A stretch of DNA of 27,922 nt from an uncultured archaeon (GCA_964447495.1 CAYUTF010000033.1:1-27922); one strand, 5' to 3'; positions 7,916 through 17,533 are shown, counted from the stretch's first letter. Notes: generated from the letters alone by a model not told the origin. Made by a program: numbers and translations.

Positions 7916-9592
7916 TTAAAACCCTCTTTTTTGATTTTGGAATATAATAGGATTAGCATACTTAACAAATTTTAAAATATTTCTACTAAATCGATTTAAA
8001 ATAGGGTTAAGCAACCTTAAAATAATTAAATAAATTGGTTCAACAACTGGGAGCGCTTTTCTCATAATGGTATTTAGCGATTTTGATAAAGGAATTACTA
8101 TAATAGTCAGCAGTTTCTTCTTCTTACTAAGTGATCTGAGAATTGTTTCTAATATACCCATATACCTTAAGAATTTCATTTCTACTTTTCTCAGTTTTTT
8201 TGAGCTATTAGTTCTAATTACTCGTTTCCCAGAATAGTCATAATTCTCATATATCCAGTTTTGATAATACCTGAAAAACATTTTAATCCATTTAGTTATT
8301 ATTACTGGATCATTATTTACATATGAAAGAAGGATTTGAAAAAAGGGGTTCATAAAATGAGTCAATGCGCCTAAACCCCATCCATTATGAATGTATTGTT
8401 TAAGCTTTTTTAAATCATGTTCTTCTTGAGCATTCCGCAAATCAAATCGATTTCTTCCCGAAATCGACCATTGTATTATTGGGTGTTGTTTAATTTTTTT
8501 ATCATATCTTCTTAAAAATGAGATTGAAGTATCATTAGCTTTTATTGCTTCAATTGCAATATTAGCCGCTATCTCCGCTGAAAACCAAGCAGCAGGAACA
8601 CCATCACATAATTCTGTGCTTTCAAGTCCTGCCGCGTCCCCTATTAGCAGCATACCTGCTGCATGATTTGGCATATCACGCAACTCTTTATCCAAACCAA
8701 CATAGATTTCGAACCCCGCCCACATCCTTGCTCGCAATTTTATATGAGGTTCTACTAAATTTTTCCACCATGCTAATTTGTCAGTAATATTACGATGGTA
8801 TACTTTAAAGAGCTTATTTAAATTAGGGACATGATTATCATTTATTCTTAGACATTGATCCTGCATAAAATGAAGAGAATTTCGATACGGCCATACCATT
8901 AAACCGTTACCATGCCCAAGCGGAGGTGCTATCCTCTGTTCATCCCACCCCCAACACATCTTCACGGAATAGCCAAACACTTTGTCAATTATTTCTTTTG
9001 GCATGACATAATCATAAGTATCTGCCAATGATATAGTCTCAGGGCGATACTTTTTTCGTATTCCCGCTTTTATCGCGAGTAATCCTTTTGAACCTTCCGC
9101 ATCAATTACAATTTTACAATTTATCCTTTCTCCTTTATCGGTTATTATCCCTTTAATACGATTTTCTGCTTTAATTACATCTATTGCGGTTGTGGACTTT
9201 TTCAATATAACTCCTGCATCAACCGCCTGATTAACCTCCCATTCACAAAAAGGTTTACAATAGGCATTATACCCAAAAGCGATTATAGGCGAAAACGGTT
9301 TAGGCACTCGTAAAGATTTATCAATTTCAATATCCCCTTTATCAATATCTTTAATGATGTAATTGATTATGCCATCTGAAGGTCGCTCAATTGGAGGATT
9401 TCCCTCTTGAATAAATTTGGGTCCAAATAAGAATCCATAAAACGGGATGGTTAAGCCAGAAATTACTTTATCTCCTACACTTTGGGATCTTTCAAGCATT
9501 AGGGTCTTCAGTCCCGCCTCAGCACATATCTTGGCCGCAACTGGACCCCCAAATCCCGCACCAACTACAATAACATCGAAATCTTCATCCAT
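7916..9592 (-). CDS. FAD-dependent oxidoreductase, FixC / geranylgeranyl reductase family, with long basic C-terminal extension
   Basis: DVIVVGAGFGG FAD-binding motif, GDKVISG, IVIDAEG and LLIGDAAG; coupled to a FixX-like ferredoxin. Confidence 0.85.
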   Translation of the reverse strand: MDEDFDVIVVGAGFGGPVAAKICAEAGLKTLMLERSQSVGDKVISGLTIPFYGFLFGPKFIQEGNPPIERPSDGIINYIIKDIDKGDIEIDKSLRVPKPFSPIIAFGYNAYCKPFCEWEVNQAVDAGVILKKSTTAIDVIKAENRIKGIITDKGERINCKIVIDAEGSKGLLAIKAGIRKKYRPETISLADTYDYVMPKEIIDKVFGYSVKMCWGWDEQRIAPPLGHGNGLMVWPYRNSLHFMQDQCLRINDNHVPNLNKLFKVYHRNITDKLAWWKNLVEPHIKLRARMWAGFEIYVGLDKELRDMPNHAAGMLLIGDAAGLESTELCDGVPAAWFSAEIAANIAIEAIKANDTSISFLRRYDKKIKQHPIIQWSISGRNRFDLRNAQEEHDLKKLKQYIHNGWGLGALTHFMNPFFQILLSYVNNDPVIITKWIKMFFRYYQNWIYENYDYSGKRVIRTNSSKKLRKVEMKFLRYMGILETILRSLSKKKKLLTIIVIPLSKSLNTIMRKALPVVEPIYLIILRLLNPILNRFSRNILKFVKYANPIIFQNQKRGF

Positions 9593-9671
9593 GTTCTGAT
9601 ATTTCCAAAAATGTTGAAATCTAGTGTTATAAAACTACTTACTATAAATTAATATGTTTTATCTCTTAAAT

Positions 9672-10294
9672 TATGCAACATGTTCGAAATTAGCTTTATT
9701 AACCTTCTATTACTATTTGTCTTGTTTAATTATAATATAAGGTGAACTGCTAAATTGATGCCAATTGGACCTTTAATGATTGAACATCGGTTAATTGAAA
9801 AAATGATTGTCCTCATAAATGAGGAGATTGCCAAAATGAAACAATATGGCAAAGCTAACCCCCTTTTCATTGATATTGCGGTGGATTTTATCAGGATGTA
9901 CGCAGATAGAACCCACCACGGAAAAGAGGAAGATATTCTTTTTCGAGATCTTGAAGAAAAAGAGATTTCCCCTAATCATACTAAGATTATGGAGGAACTT
10001 GTAGAAGAACATAAATGGGCGCGAAGTACGGTCGGTAAATTAGTTGATGCGAAAAATCAATATGTTAAGGGTAATGTGAAGGTAATAGATAACATTATTG
10101 ATTTAATGAGCGAATTAACTGAGTTTTATCCACAGCATATTGAAAAGGAAGATAAACATTTTTTTATCCCTGTAATGAACTACTTCACTAAAGAAGAACA
10201 GGACAAAATGCTTGAAGAATTCTGGGATTTTGATAAAACCTTAATTCATGAAAAATATAAAAAAGTCGTTGAGAATCTGCAGAATAAATAATAA
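9672..10294 (+). repeat. Direct repeat copy 2 (623 bp; hemerythrin gene plus upstream region)
   Basis: Near-identical to 5138..5760. Confidence 0.95.
9755..10291 (+). CDS. Hemerythrin/HHE cation-binding domain protein (copy 2)
   Basis: Same protein as 5221..5757 except one substitution near the C-terminus (KYIKVV vs KYKKVV). Confidence 0.9.
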   Translation: MMPIGPLMIEHRLIEKMIVLINEEIAKMKQYGKANPLFIDIAVDFIRMYADRTHHGKEEDILFRDLEEKEISPNHTKIMEELVEEHKWARSTVGKLVDAKNQYVKGNVKVIDNIIDLMSELTEFYPQHIEKEDKHFFIPVMNYFTKEEQDKMLEEFWDFDKTLIHEKYKKVVENLQNK

Positions 10295-10393
10295 AATAAT
10301 AATTCATTAGTACAAGATATTTTAAATAGTAAATATAAGGATATAATATCGAGTAGTAATTTCATCACAAAAGTTCTTTGATTGTGATATTTA

Positions 10394-11194
10394 ATGGAAA
10401 GTAATCAGAAAAAAAGTCGATTTATATTACTTATTTATATAATTGTGTCCTATTCAGTAACTTGGGCGATTCTTTTTCCATTAAGTGCGGTTTATACAGA
10501 TTTAGGCTTAGTTCAAAGAGAGCTATGGCATGCTTTAGGATCACTCGGTCCTACCATAGGAGGTATCATTGCACTCTATCTTTTAAAACAAAGGGATGGA
10601 CTTAAATTGTTAAAAGAACGTACTCTAAAATACCCCGGGAGAAATATTCTTCTCTTTGCCTTTTCCCCATTAATACTATTATTCATCGTCCTTATTTTAG
10701 AATCTTTATTTGGGGTTTTCAACTTATTTTCATTCTTTCAAGAGAATAATATAACGAGCTTAATAACGTTTATCATCTTCATTTTACCAAGCCTTTGCTA
10801 TGGTTTTTTTGAAGAATTTGGATGGCGTGGCTATCTTTTACCTGCTCTACAACAAAAATATAATGCCCTTATCTCTACCCTCATACTGACTGTCATTTGG
10901 TGGTTTTGGCATTTTCCGACTTTTTTCTACAGATATGATCTATTCTTTGCCCTTATCCTTATGTTTCCTTTGATGTTAACAGGTTCAATCATATTTACTT
11001 ATCTCTTTAATCAATCTAAAGGGAGTGTGTTGATGGTTATTATATTCCATATTTGCTATGATCTAGTTACCTCTCATCAAATATCCATAACTGCGATTAT
11101 AATTGTCAGTGCGTTCCTTGTTTTTATGGATATTAGGATTCTAAAAGTATATGGAATTGAGAATCTCTCCTCTACTGACAAAATTACATTTTAA
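10394..11194 (+). CDS. CPBP family intramembrane glutamic endopeptidase (Abi/CAAX protease, Rce1-like)
   Basis: Multi-TM protein with FEEFGWRGYLLPAL, WWFWH and IIFH..YD motifs. Confidence 0.9.
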   Translation: MESNQKKSRFILLIYIIVSYSVTWAILFPLSAVYTDLGLVQRELWHALGSLGPTIGGIIALYLLKQRDGLKLLKERTLKYPGRNILLFAFSPLILLFIVLILESLFGVFNLFSFFQENNITSLITFIIFILPSLCYGFFEEFGWRGYLLPALQQKYNALISTLILTVIWWFWHFPTFFYRYDLFFALILMFPLMLTGSIIFTYLFNQSKGSVLMVIIFHICYDLVTSHQISITAIIIVSAFLVFMDIRILKVYGIENLSSTDKITF

Positions 11195-11215
11195 AATTAT
11201 GTTCTATATATAATA

Positions 11216-11347
11216 CTAAATATGTAGCAGATGACCATTAGGACTTTCCAAGACTACTTTGCTTTCATTGATCCTTTAATTGATTTTCAAACCAGCTTTT
11301 TTGATCTTTTTAATTGTTAGCATTTGATTATATGAGAAATAGGTCAT
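11216..11347 (-). pseudogene. Possible gene relic (VOC/glyoxalase-like C-terminus)
   Basis: Manual translation MTYFSYNQMLTIKKIKKAGLKIN*RINESKVVLESPNGHLLHI* has one internal TAA. The end resembles the 'xDPDGxxxxL' motif of VOC proteins. Confidence 0.25.
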
Positions 11348-11412
11348 TGTAGTAATCTAAGCTATACTTTATAAGAACAAAGATAAAATAACTGAGTTCT
11401 CTTCTTTTACTT

Positions 11413-12225
11413 ATGAATCAATCTGAAAAACAAGAATTAAAAATGCCTGTGCTATTTATAGGGCATGGTTCTCCTATGAACATTATTTCAGATAATAAGT
11501 TTACTCGAGATATGAAACATCTGGGAAATATATTACCCACACCAACAGCCATATTGGTTGTTTCGGCACATTGGCTAACTACAGGAACTAAAATATTGAG
11601 TGCGAAAAAACCCAAAACGATTTATGATTTCTATGGCTTCCCCAAGGAACTCTATATGATCGAATATCCAAGTCCAGGATTGCCGGAATTAGCTACCCAG
11701 ATATCTACTACACTTAAATCGTATGGAATCGTGAGTGACGATAAGTGGGGATATGATCATGCTTCTTGGTCAATCCTTAAACATATATATCCCAATGCTA
11801 ATATTCCCGTCTTGGAACTAAGTTTAGATTATGGCTTTAATCGTTGGGATTTAAAACCAATTAAATATCATTATCAATTAGCTAAAAATTTGGCATTTCT
11901 TCGCGAACAAGGTGTTTTAATTATCGGAAGTGGCAATATCGTCCATAATCTTGGAATCATCGATTACGAAATAGATGCCCCCGTAATGGATTGGGCATAC
12001 CAACTCGATCAGGCTGTAAAACAAAATATATTAGAGTATAATCACAATGATTTAATAAACTTCGAAAAGATGGGTAATATTGCTAAATTCGGTATCCCAA
12101 CCTGGGATCATTACCTCCCATTAATTTATGTCCTAGCATTACAAGAAAAGGATGAACCTGTTAAATTTGTTCATGAAGGATTCCAGCATGGATCTGTTTC
12201 CATGAGATGTGTGCAAATTGGATAG
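11413..12225 (+). CDS. ygiD: 4,5-DOPA extradiol dioxygenase (LigB/YgiD family)
   Basis: MPVLFIGHGSPMN, VVSAHW, TIYDFYGFP, DHASW, GSGNIVHNL, PTWDHYLPL and GSVSMR motifs. Confidence 0.9.
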   Translation: MNQSEKQELKMPVLFIGHGSPMNIISDNKFTRDMKHLGNILPTPTAILVVSAHWLTTGTKILSAKKPKTIYDFYGFPKELYMIEYPSPGLPELATQISTTLKSYGIVSDDKWGYDHASWSILKHIYPNANIPVLELSLDYGFNRWDLKPIKYHYQLAKNLAFLREQGVLIIGSGNIVHNLGIIDYEIDAPVMDWAYQLDQAVKQNILEYNHNDLINFEKMGNIAKFGIPTWDHYLPLIYVLALQEKDEPVKFVHEGFQHGSVSMRCVQIG

Positions 12226-12245
12226 TTTAAAGAGAAATAATAAAC

Positions 12246-12743
12246 TTAAATTTTTAATTTCCCTAATACATCATCCAAATAATAGACATTTTCCTGTCCT
12301 ATGACCTCCGATAGTGCATTCGCTAAAGAATATTTGAAAGCCCAGACTTCTACTGCCTTGCCCAATTCTTTTACTTTAGCTACAACTGGCACAAAATCTC
12401 CATCTCCCGAAACTAAAATTGCGGTATCATAAGCATTTTCATAAGCAAGCGAGATGATATCTAGTGCTATATTAATATCAACCTTCTTTTCAATGGCTCC
12501 GCCCGTAATTATCTTATCAAAAGTTATCTTTATGATATATCCACTCCGATTTTTTAATTCCTCATACCAATTGCTTTTCTGTGGGCTTAAGGGATAAATC
12601 GCACCTTCATATAGGAAAATACCCCCTAATTTGCGGTTTTGAGTTACTAAAATCTTCAACTTCTCATAGTCTGCTTTTATCTTAAATTTCTGAAACCCCT
12701 TGAAAATATTGCTATTATCTATAAAGATTACAACCCTTTCCAT
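12246..12743 (-). CDS. NYN domain protein (LabA/DUF88, PIN-like nuclease fold)
   Basis: IFIDNSN, EKKVDINIALD and LVSGDGDFVP motifs. Confidence 0.9.
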   Translation of the reverse strand: MERVVIFIDNSNIFKGFQKFKIKADYEKLKILVTQNRKLGGIFLYEGAIYPLSPQKSNWYEELKNRSGYIIKITFDKIITGGAIEKKVDINIALDIISLAYENAYDTAILVSGDGDFVPVVAKVKELGKAVEVWAFKYSLANALSEVIGQENVYYLDDVLGKLKI

Positions 12744-12796
12744 TTTTAGATTTCACCATACAACAATAGAAAATTCTTTTAATTCAAATTTACGTT

Positions 12797-13225
12797 TTAA
12801 ACTATTTTGCTCATCGGCACTGCTGTCAAGGTGACTAAAGCTTTTGAAATTAATCGTTCATTATTATCAACTAAATCATATATTTCCGACTCTGCAACTA
12901 TTATTTTTTTACCCGAGCTAATTACTTTCGATTTGCATACAATTTCTTTACCAACTGCTGGTTTGAAATAATTTATCTTAAATTCAATGGTGAGAATTCG
13001 CATATCTTCTGGAACAATTGTATACGCTGAATATCCTGCGGTATGATCAGCAAGCGTAGCGAGAACACCGGCATGAACGAAACCATCTTGCTGCTTATGT
13101 TCAGTACGGACTTTAATGCGAGATTGGAATGCTCCGTGTTCTATTCGATCCACTGTAAAGCCACAAAATGCTGGAAATCCTTGAACGAAGTCTTTCTTTA
13201 ACAGTTCGACTCTTTTTTGATGCAT
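12797..13225 (-). CDS. PaaI family hotdog-fold thioesterase
   Basis: QQDGFVHAGVLATLADHTAG and LTIEFKINYFKPA motifs. Confidence 0.9.
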   Translation of the reverse strand: MHQKRVELLKKDFVQGFPAFCGFTVDRIEHGAFQSRIKVRTEHKQQDGFVHAGVLATLADHTAGYSAYTIVPEDMRILTIEFKINYFKPAVGKEIVCKSKVISSGKKIIVAESEIYDLVDNNERLISKALVTLTAVPMSKIV

Positions 13226-13342
13226 AATATATCTTAATAATAGTTCAATAATAAATTAGCAATAATCTGTCTTAACAAATATGTAAGTTTTATATTCCAA
13301 TGAAATCCTATTCTAGAATATACTTATATTGATAAACTCTAA

Positions 13343-14116
13343 GTGATACGAAAAACGTCTCAGAAAAGTAGAAATACTAAAGAACTCTTACCTTTTAAAT
13401 CTAAAGATTTTAAAGTAAAGTTTAGACATTACAATTCAAAAGAAAAATGGATTAAAGTATTAGTTGATATCATTGGAGCGGCTGTGATTATTCCGTTAAG
13501 TATTCTAATTATTTTCAGTGTAATTACAGAGCAATATATTAATATAGCAATATATGGTATAGTAATAACTGTTATGATAATTATAAATGAAATTGTGGAA
13601 CATAAACTTAAGAAAGATGCTCAAAAGAGACTGTTTGCAGCTGTAGTGTCAAAAAAGGATCAAAGAGAAATTCAGATTGAATATGCTCCTAAAGATAAAG
13701 GGATAGTACCAGCAAAAGAACAAGATTTCTTAGTTTTTGTTAGCTATGCAACAAAAGATGCTGAAATCTTCAAAGTTAGAGAACTCTCCGAAGCTTTAAC
13801 AAAACATGAAGAAATAACTGACGTTTTATATTGGCAAGAGCACATGAAAGACAATATTATCAAATATATGAATGATAATCTTGGAAAGTGTGATGTTATG
13901 CTCTTATTTTGTTCTCCAAACGCCTTACTATCTGAACCAGTAGAAAAGGAGTGGACTGCAGCTGACTTTATGGGAAAACCAATCATTCCCATCTTTAATG
14001 ATCCTGATCATATACCACCGCTTCTAAAGACTCGATTAGGAGTAAAATTCGATCCTTTTGATTTTAAAAAAAACACCGATGAAATCTATGATTTAATTTT
14101 AAAAAAAATGAAGTAA
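13343..14116 (+). CDS. Two-TM membrane-anchored TIR domain protein
   Basis: Two adjacent hydrophobic helices, then VFVSYATKD...CDVMLLFCSPNALLSEPVEKEW...KPIIPIF, a TIR_2-type domain retaining the Glu in EKEW. Confidence 0.88.
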   Translation: MIRKTSQKSRNTKELLPFKSKDFKVKFRHYNSKEKWIKVLVDIIGAAVIIPLSILIIFSVITEQYINIAIYGIVITVMIIINEIVEHKLKKDAQKRLFAAVVSKKDQREIQIEYAPKDKGIVPAKEQDFLVFVSYATKDAEIFKVRELSEALTKHEEITDVLYWQEHMKDNIIKYMNDNLGKCDVMLLFCSPNALLSEPVEKEWTAADFMGKPIIPIFNDPDHIPPLLKTRLGVKFDPFDFKKNTDEIYDLILKKMK

Positions 14117-14197
14117 TAATTTATTACCTTTAATTGCCTCTTCTCTTGATAGTACATGATATTGCTTTATTTCATGATTATTACCTAAAGATCTTTT

Positions 14198-14857
14198 TCA
14201 CATTTTTTTCTTTTCTTCAACCTTATCTTTTATTATTTGCCCAGAAAGCATAAGTGCAATGCCCATCTCGTTCTTAAGCAAAATTTGCTTGGACACGATG
14301 CTTTGAATTACTGATAGAAGAACTCCATAAATTAATCCCGCAAGCCATAGAAATAGAGTTAAAATATTCACTTCAATTCCAAATAAAGAGTTAACAGACA
14401 CACTGAGATATTGGTATAATATTCCCCATGTGAGTACAAATAAGAATTCAATAAAAATTCCAAATTTTACTATAAATGAGGCTATATCAGCACCCTTATT
14501 GTCTGGCAAATGATTTTTCATTATTCTTATATCATGGATTCCAAAAATGAAACGTCTACTAAGACCCGCTCCGCTGCGAAATGCTAAAAACACCATAAGA
14601 CCACTTATAGAGAGTGGATTGTTTAAAGAAAATAGATAAAGCAGTCCCACGACAATCCAAATAACTATATGAATAATTCTAAGATTTATATTATGAGAAT
14701 CCTTCATCTCTTCATTTGGTTTTATGATCTTATGAAGAAGTTTTGAGACTCTCCCCTGAAAGAAAATACCAAACAAAAAAAATAGATTGAATGTTACAAA
14801 TGGGATCAAAACCATATAAGCAAAAATGAGTTCAACTGTAAATGCCATAATTATCAC
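14198..14857 (-). CDS. Hypothetical polytopic membrane protein
   Basis: 219-aa ORF with about five hydrophobic segments; no family recognised. Start may be the ATG at 14848. Confidence 0.7.
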   Translation of the reverse strand: MIIMAFTVELIFAYMVLIPFVTFNLFFLFGIFFQGRVSKLLHKIIKPNEEMKDSHNINLRIIHIVIWIVVGLLYLFSLNNPLSISGLMVFLAFRSGAGLSRRFIFGIHDIRIMKNHLPDNKGADIASFIVKFGIFIEFLFVLTWGILYQYLSVSVNSLFGIEVNILTLFLWLAGLIYGVLLSVIQSIVSKQILLKNEMGIALMLSGQIIKDKVEEKKKM

Positions 14858-15264
14858 TTTCTTATATACTTGAAACTCTCTTTTATTTTAATAAAAAAAA
14901 TTAACCATTTAGTAAAAATTTATACTTTCTCTCAATCAAATATAACTTCAAAGCAACTATGCTTTTTACCGTAAACAAAATTATCTTCTTGAAAGCTTTA
15001 TTATCCCACACCTTACACATGAAACTAAAAATGTGATTGATAATAAAAAATAATATTAAGTTCCCTTTCTCTTCCTTAAAATACATCTAACTCACTACAA
15101 TTATAAAATGAAATTTAGCATTAAAGGAGTCTTAAATCATAATCCATAGCATAAGAATTTTACTAAATCTCAGATTTTATGATTCGAATTTTTTTAAATA
15201 AATTTTAAATAGTCATTCAAAACAATATAGATTATTTATATTGAAAAAAAGAAGGTAAAAAAAA

Positions 15265-17037
15265 ATGAATGATGATATACCAACCCCTTGGTACAAATTC
15301 TGGCCTAAAGATGTGCCCAAACATATTGCCTATCAAGTGATTTCTTTAGGTGATATCCTTCGGAATAGCACCAAGCAGTACCCAAATTCACAAGCCATCT
15401 TTTTTGAAGGTTTTCGGTTAACTTATGAAGAATTGAATACATTAGTGGACCAGTTTGCCACAGGACTCTCAAAATTAGGTATTAAAAAAGGAGATATCGT
15501 TGGAATTGATTTACCAAACGTTCCTCAATTTGTTATCGTTTTTTATGCGCTACAGCGTCTTGGGGCAACAGCAAACCCAATTATTCCACTTCATCGTTTT
15601 GTTGAGATTGTACATCAGATTAATGACTCAAAAAGTGTGGCTTTAATTATGCTTGATGCTTTATACGAAGAGCATCTGCATGAAAAAGATTTAAGCAAAA
15701 TGCCCACCTTAAAACACGTCATTTTAACGGGAGTGGGAGAATATTTACCTAAAATTAAGGCAGTGTTAGGAAAAGCGTTAGGAAAAGTTCCCAGGATGAA
15801 AAAGTGGCCCACAAAGGTAGGAAATATCGATTTTCTTAGGTTTCAAGATGTTCTTAAAAGAGGAGCTTTGATAAATTTACCCGAAGTTAAGATTGATCCA
15901 AAAAAGGATGTTGCTACGTTAATTTATACAGGGGGGACTACTGGCATCCCGAAAGGTGTAATGTTAACTCATTTCAATATGTCATCCAACGCCGAACAAG
16001 CCCGAGAATGGATAGAAAATCAATTAACTGAAACAAGAGAACTTCACGGGAAAGGTGGAGCCGGACTTGTAGTCCCTTTTGCTCATGTGTTTGGCATATC
16101 AACGGGAATGAGTCTTGGAATCTCGCTTGGGTATAAATTAATCTTATTTGCCCAACCTCCTGAGAAAAAATCAAAGATTTTAGATGTTTTAATGAAAGAG
16201 GAAGCGACCTATATCCCTGGAGTCCCTACTCTTTGGAATTTGATTAATCAAGACCCCAATTCTACAAAATTTAAAGGTAAGTTAACCACGCTAAAAGCAT
16301 GTGTGAGTGGAGGTGCATCCCTTCCAGAAGAAGTCAAGCGAAAGTTTGAGGAAATTACCGGTGCACTTATTATTGAAGGCTATGGGTTGAGCGAAACTAG
16401 CCCAAATCTGTGCTGTGGTCCCTTCCATAATTTTAAAGTCAACACTGTAGGGTTCCCCTTATCCGATACACTTGTAAAAATCGTTGATATCAATAATGGT
16501 AAAACTCCCGTTCCTCAATGCCCCGATGATGAGAGTACTGGTAATCCTGAATATTTTGGAGAAATTTGTGCTTTTGGTCCACAAATCACTCCTGGTTATT
16601 TAGGGAAGGAAGAAGAGAGTAAATATGCACTAAGAAAAGATGATCAAGGAAGAACTTGGTTATATACTGCTGATATTGGTTGTATCGATAAGGATGGATA
16701 TGTGATGATAAAAGATCGAAAACGCGATATGATTAAGTATAAAGGACATGGAGTTTTCCCCGCAGAAGTGGAAAATCTCATGTATCAGAATGATGCCATT
16801 AGGGAAGTCGGCGTCATAGGCGTACCTCATCCCGATGGTACTGGCGAAACCATAAAAGCGTATGTATCTATAAAAGAAGATTATAAAGGCAAAGTTACCA
16901 AAGAGGATTTAATGGAATGGTGTAAAGAAAATATTAGCCCCTATAAGTATCCACGAATCATTGAAGTTATCGAGGAACTCCCGAAAACCTTAGTGGGTAA
17001 AATTCTGCGCAGAGAATTGAGACAGATGGAAGATTGA
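15265..17037 (+). CDS. Long-chain-fatty-acid--CoA ligase (AMP-binding, FadD-like)
   Basis: YTGGTTGIPKG P-loop, EGYGLSETSP, WLYTADIG, DRKRDMI and LPKTLVGKILRR motifs. Confidence 0.93.
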   Translation: MNDDIPTPWYKFWPKDVPKHIAYQVISLGDILRNSTKQYPNSQAIFFEGFRLTYEELNTLVDQFATGLSKLGIKKGDIVGIDLPNVPQFVIVFYALQRLGATANPIIPLHRFVEIVHQINDSKSVALIMLDALYEEHLHEKDLSKMPTLKHVILTGVGEYLPKIKAVLGKALGKVPRMKKWPTKVGNIDFLRFQDVLKRGALINLPEVKIDPKKDVATLIYTGGTTGIPKGVMLTHFNMSSNAEQAREWIENQLTETRELHGKGGAGLVVPFAHVFGISTGMSLGISLGYKLILFAQPPEKKSKILDVLMKEEATYIPGVPTLWNLINQDPNSTKFKGKLTTLKACVSGGASLPEEVKRKFEEITGALIIEGYGLSETSPNLCCGPFHNFKVNTVGFPLSDTLVKIVDINNGKTPVPQCPDDESTGNPEYFGEICAFGPQITPGYLGKEEESKYALRKDDQGRTWLYTADIGCIDKDGYVMIKDRKRDMIKYKGHGVFPAEVENLMYQNDAIREVGVIGVPHPDGTGETIKAYVSIKEDYKGKVTKEDLMEWCKENISPYKYPRIIEVIEELPKTLVGKILRRELRQMED

Positions 17038-17051
17038 ATCCACTTTTTCTA

Positions 17052-17062
17052 TTTTTTTTTTT
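17052..17062 (+). terminator. Oligo-T tract after the CoA ligase
   Basis: 11 consecutive T about 15 nt after the stop codon. Confidence 0.5.
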
Positions 17063-17217
17063 GATTAATTGGACTAATCGGTATAGGTGCTATCGGTTAT
17101 ATATTCACTTCAAATCCAGTTGTAATTGATATTGGTATTACTTACCTTTTATTAAGAAGGTTATTAAAAAAGATAAAAACTTAAAAATTTAGAATAGATA
17201 AATAATATGGGAGCAAG

Positions 17218-17466
17218 ATGGAAATAAATCTGCATGGCTTTGAACTAAGAGAAGCGCTTGATGAGATTTCATACTGCTTAGAAGTGTGTAAGGCCAAAGG
17301 AATTCAAGAGATTAGCATCATTCATGGCTATCATGGGAAGCATGTGTTAAAAAACTATATAGAATCAGATGGCTTTCTCAAAGAAATGGATCGCGAGGGA
17401 TTTAAATTAAGCAGAAAATCAAGCTCCAATCCCGGAATTTCAAATTTCTCTATAAGTAGAATTTAA
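17218..17466 (+). CDS. Stand-alone Smr (small MutS-related) domain protein
   Basis: EINLHGFELREA and IIHGYHG.HVLK match the LDLHG / IxHGxG Smr motifs; NPG near the C-terminus. Confidence 0.85.
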   Translation: MEINLHGFELREALDEISYCLEVCKAKGIQEISIIHGYHGKHVLKNYIESDGFLKEMDREGFKLSRKSSSNPGISNFSISRI

Positions 17467-17533
17467 CTGATTAGATATTAAAAAATAAAAAAATAAAAAA
17501 TTAACGCATTACTCAATATCTTCGAAAATACAT

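Noticed and set aside
5138-10294. Composite transposon interpretation of the 623-bp repeats
   Set aside because: The repeats encode hemerythrin, not a transposase, and I found no terminal inverted repeats or target-site duplication.
14901-15086. 61-aa minus-strand ORF
   Set aside because: Low-complexity, AT-rich codons in a divergent promoter region; no supporting motif or RBS.
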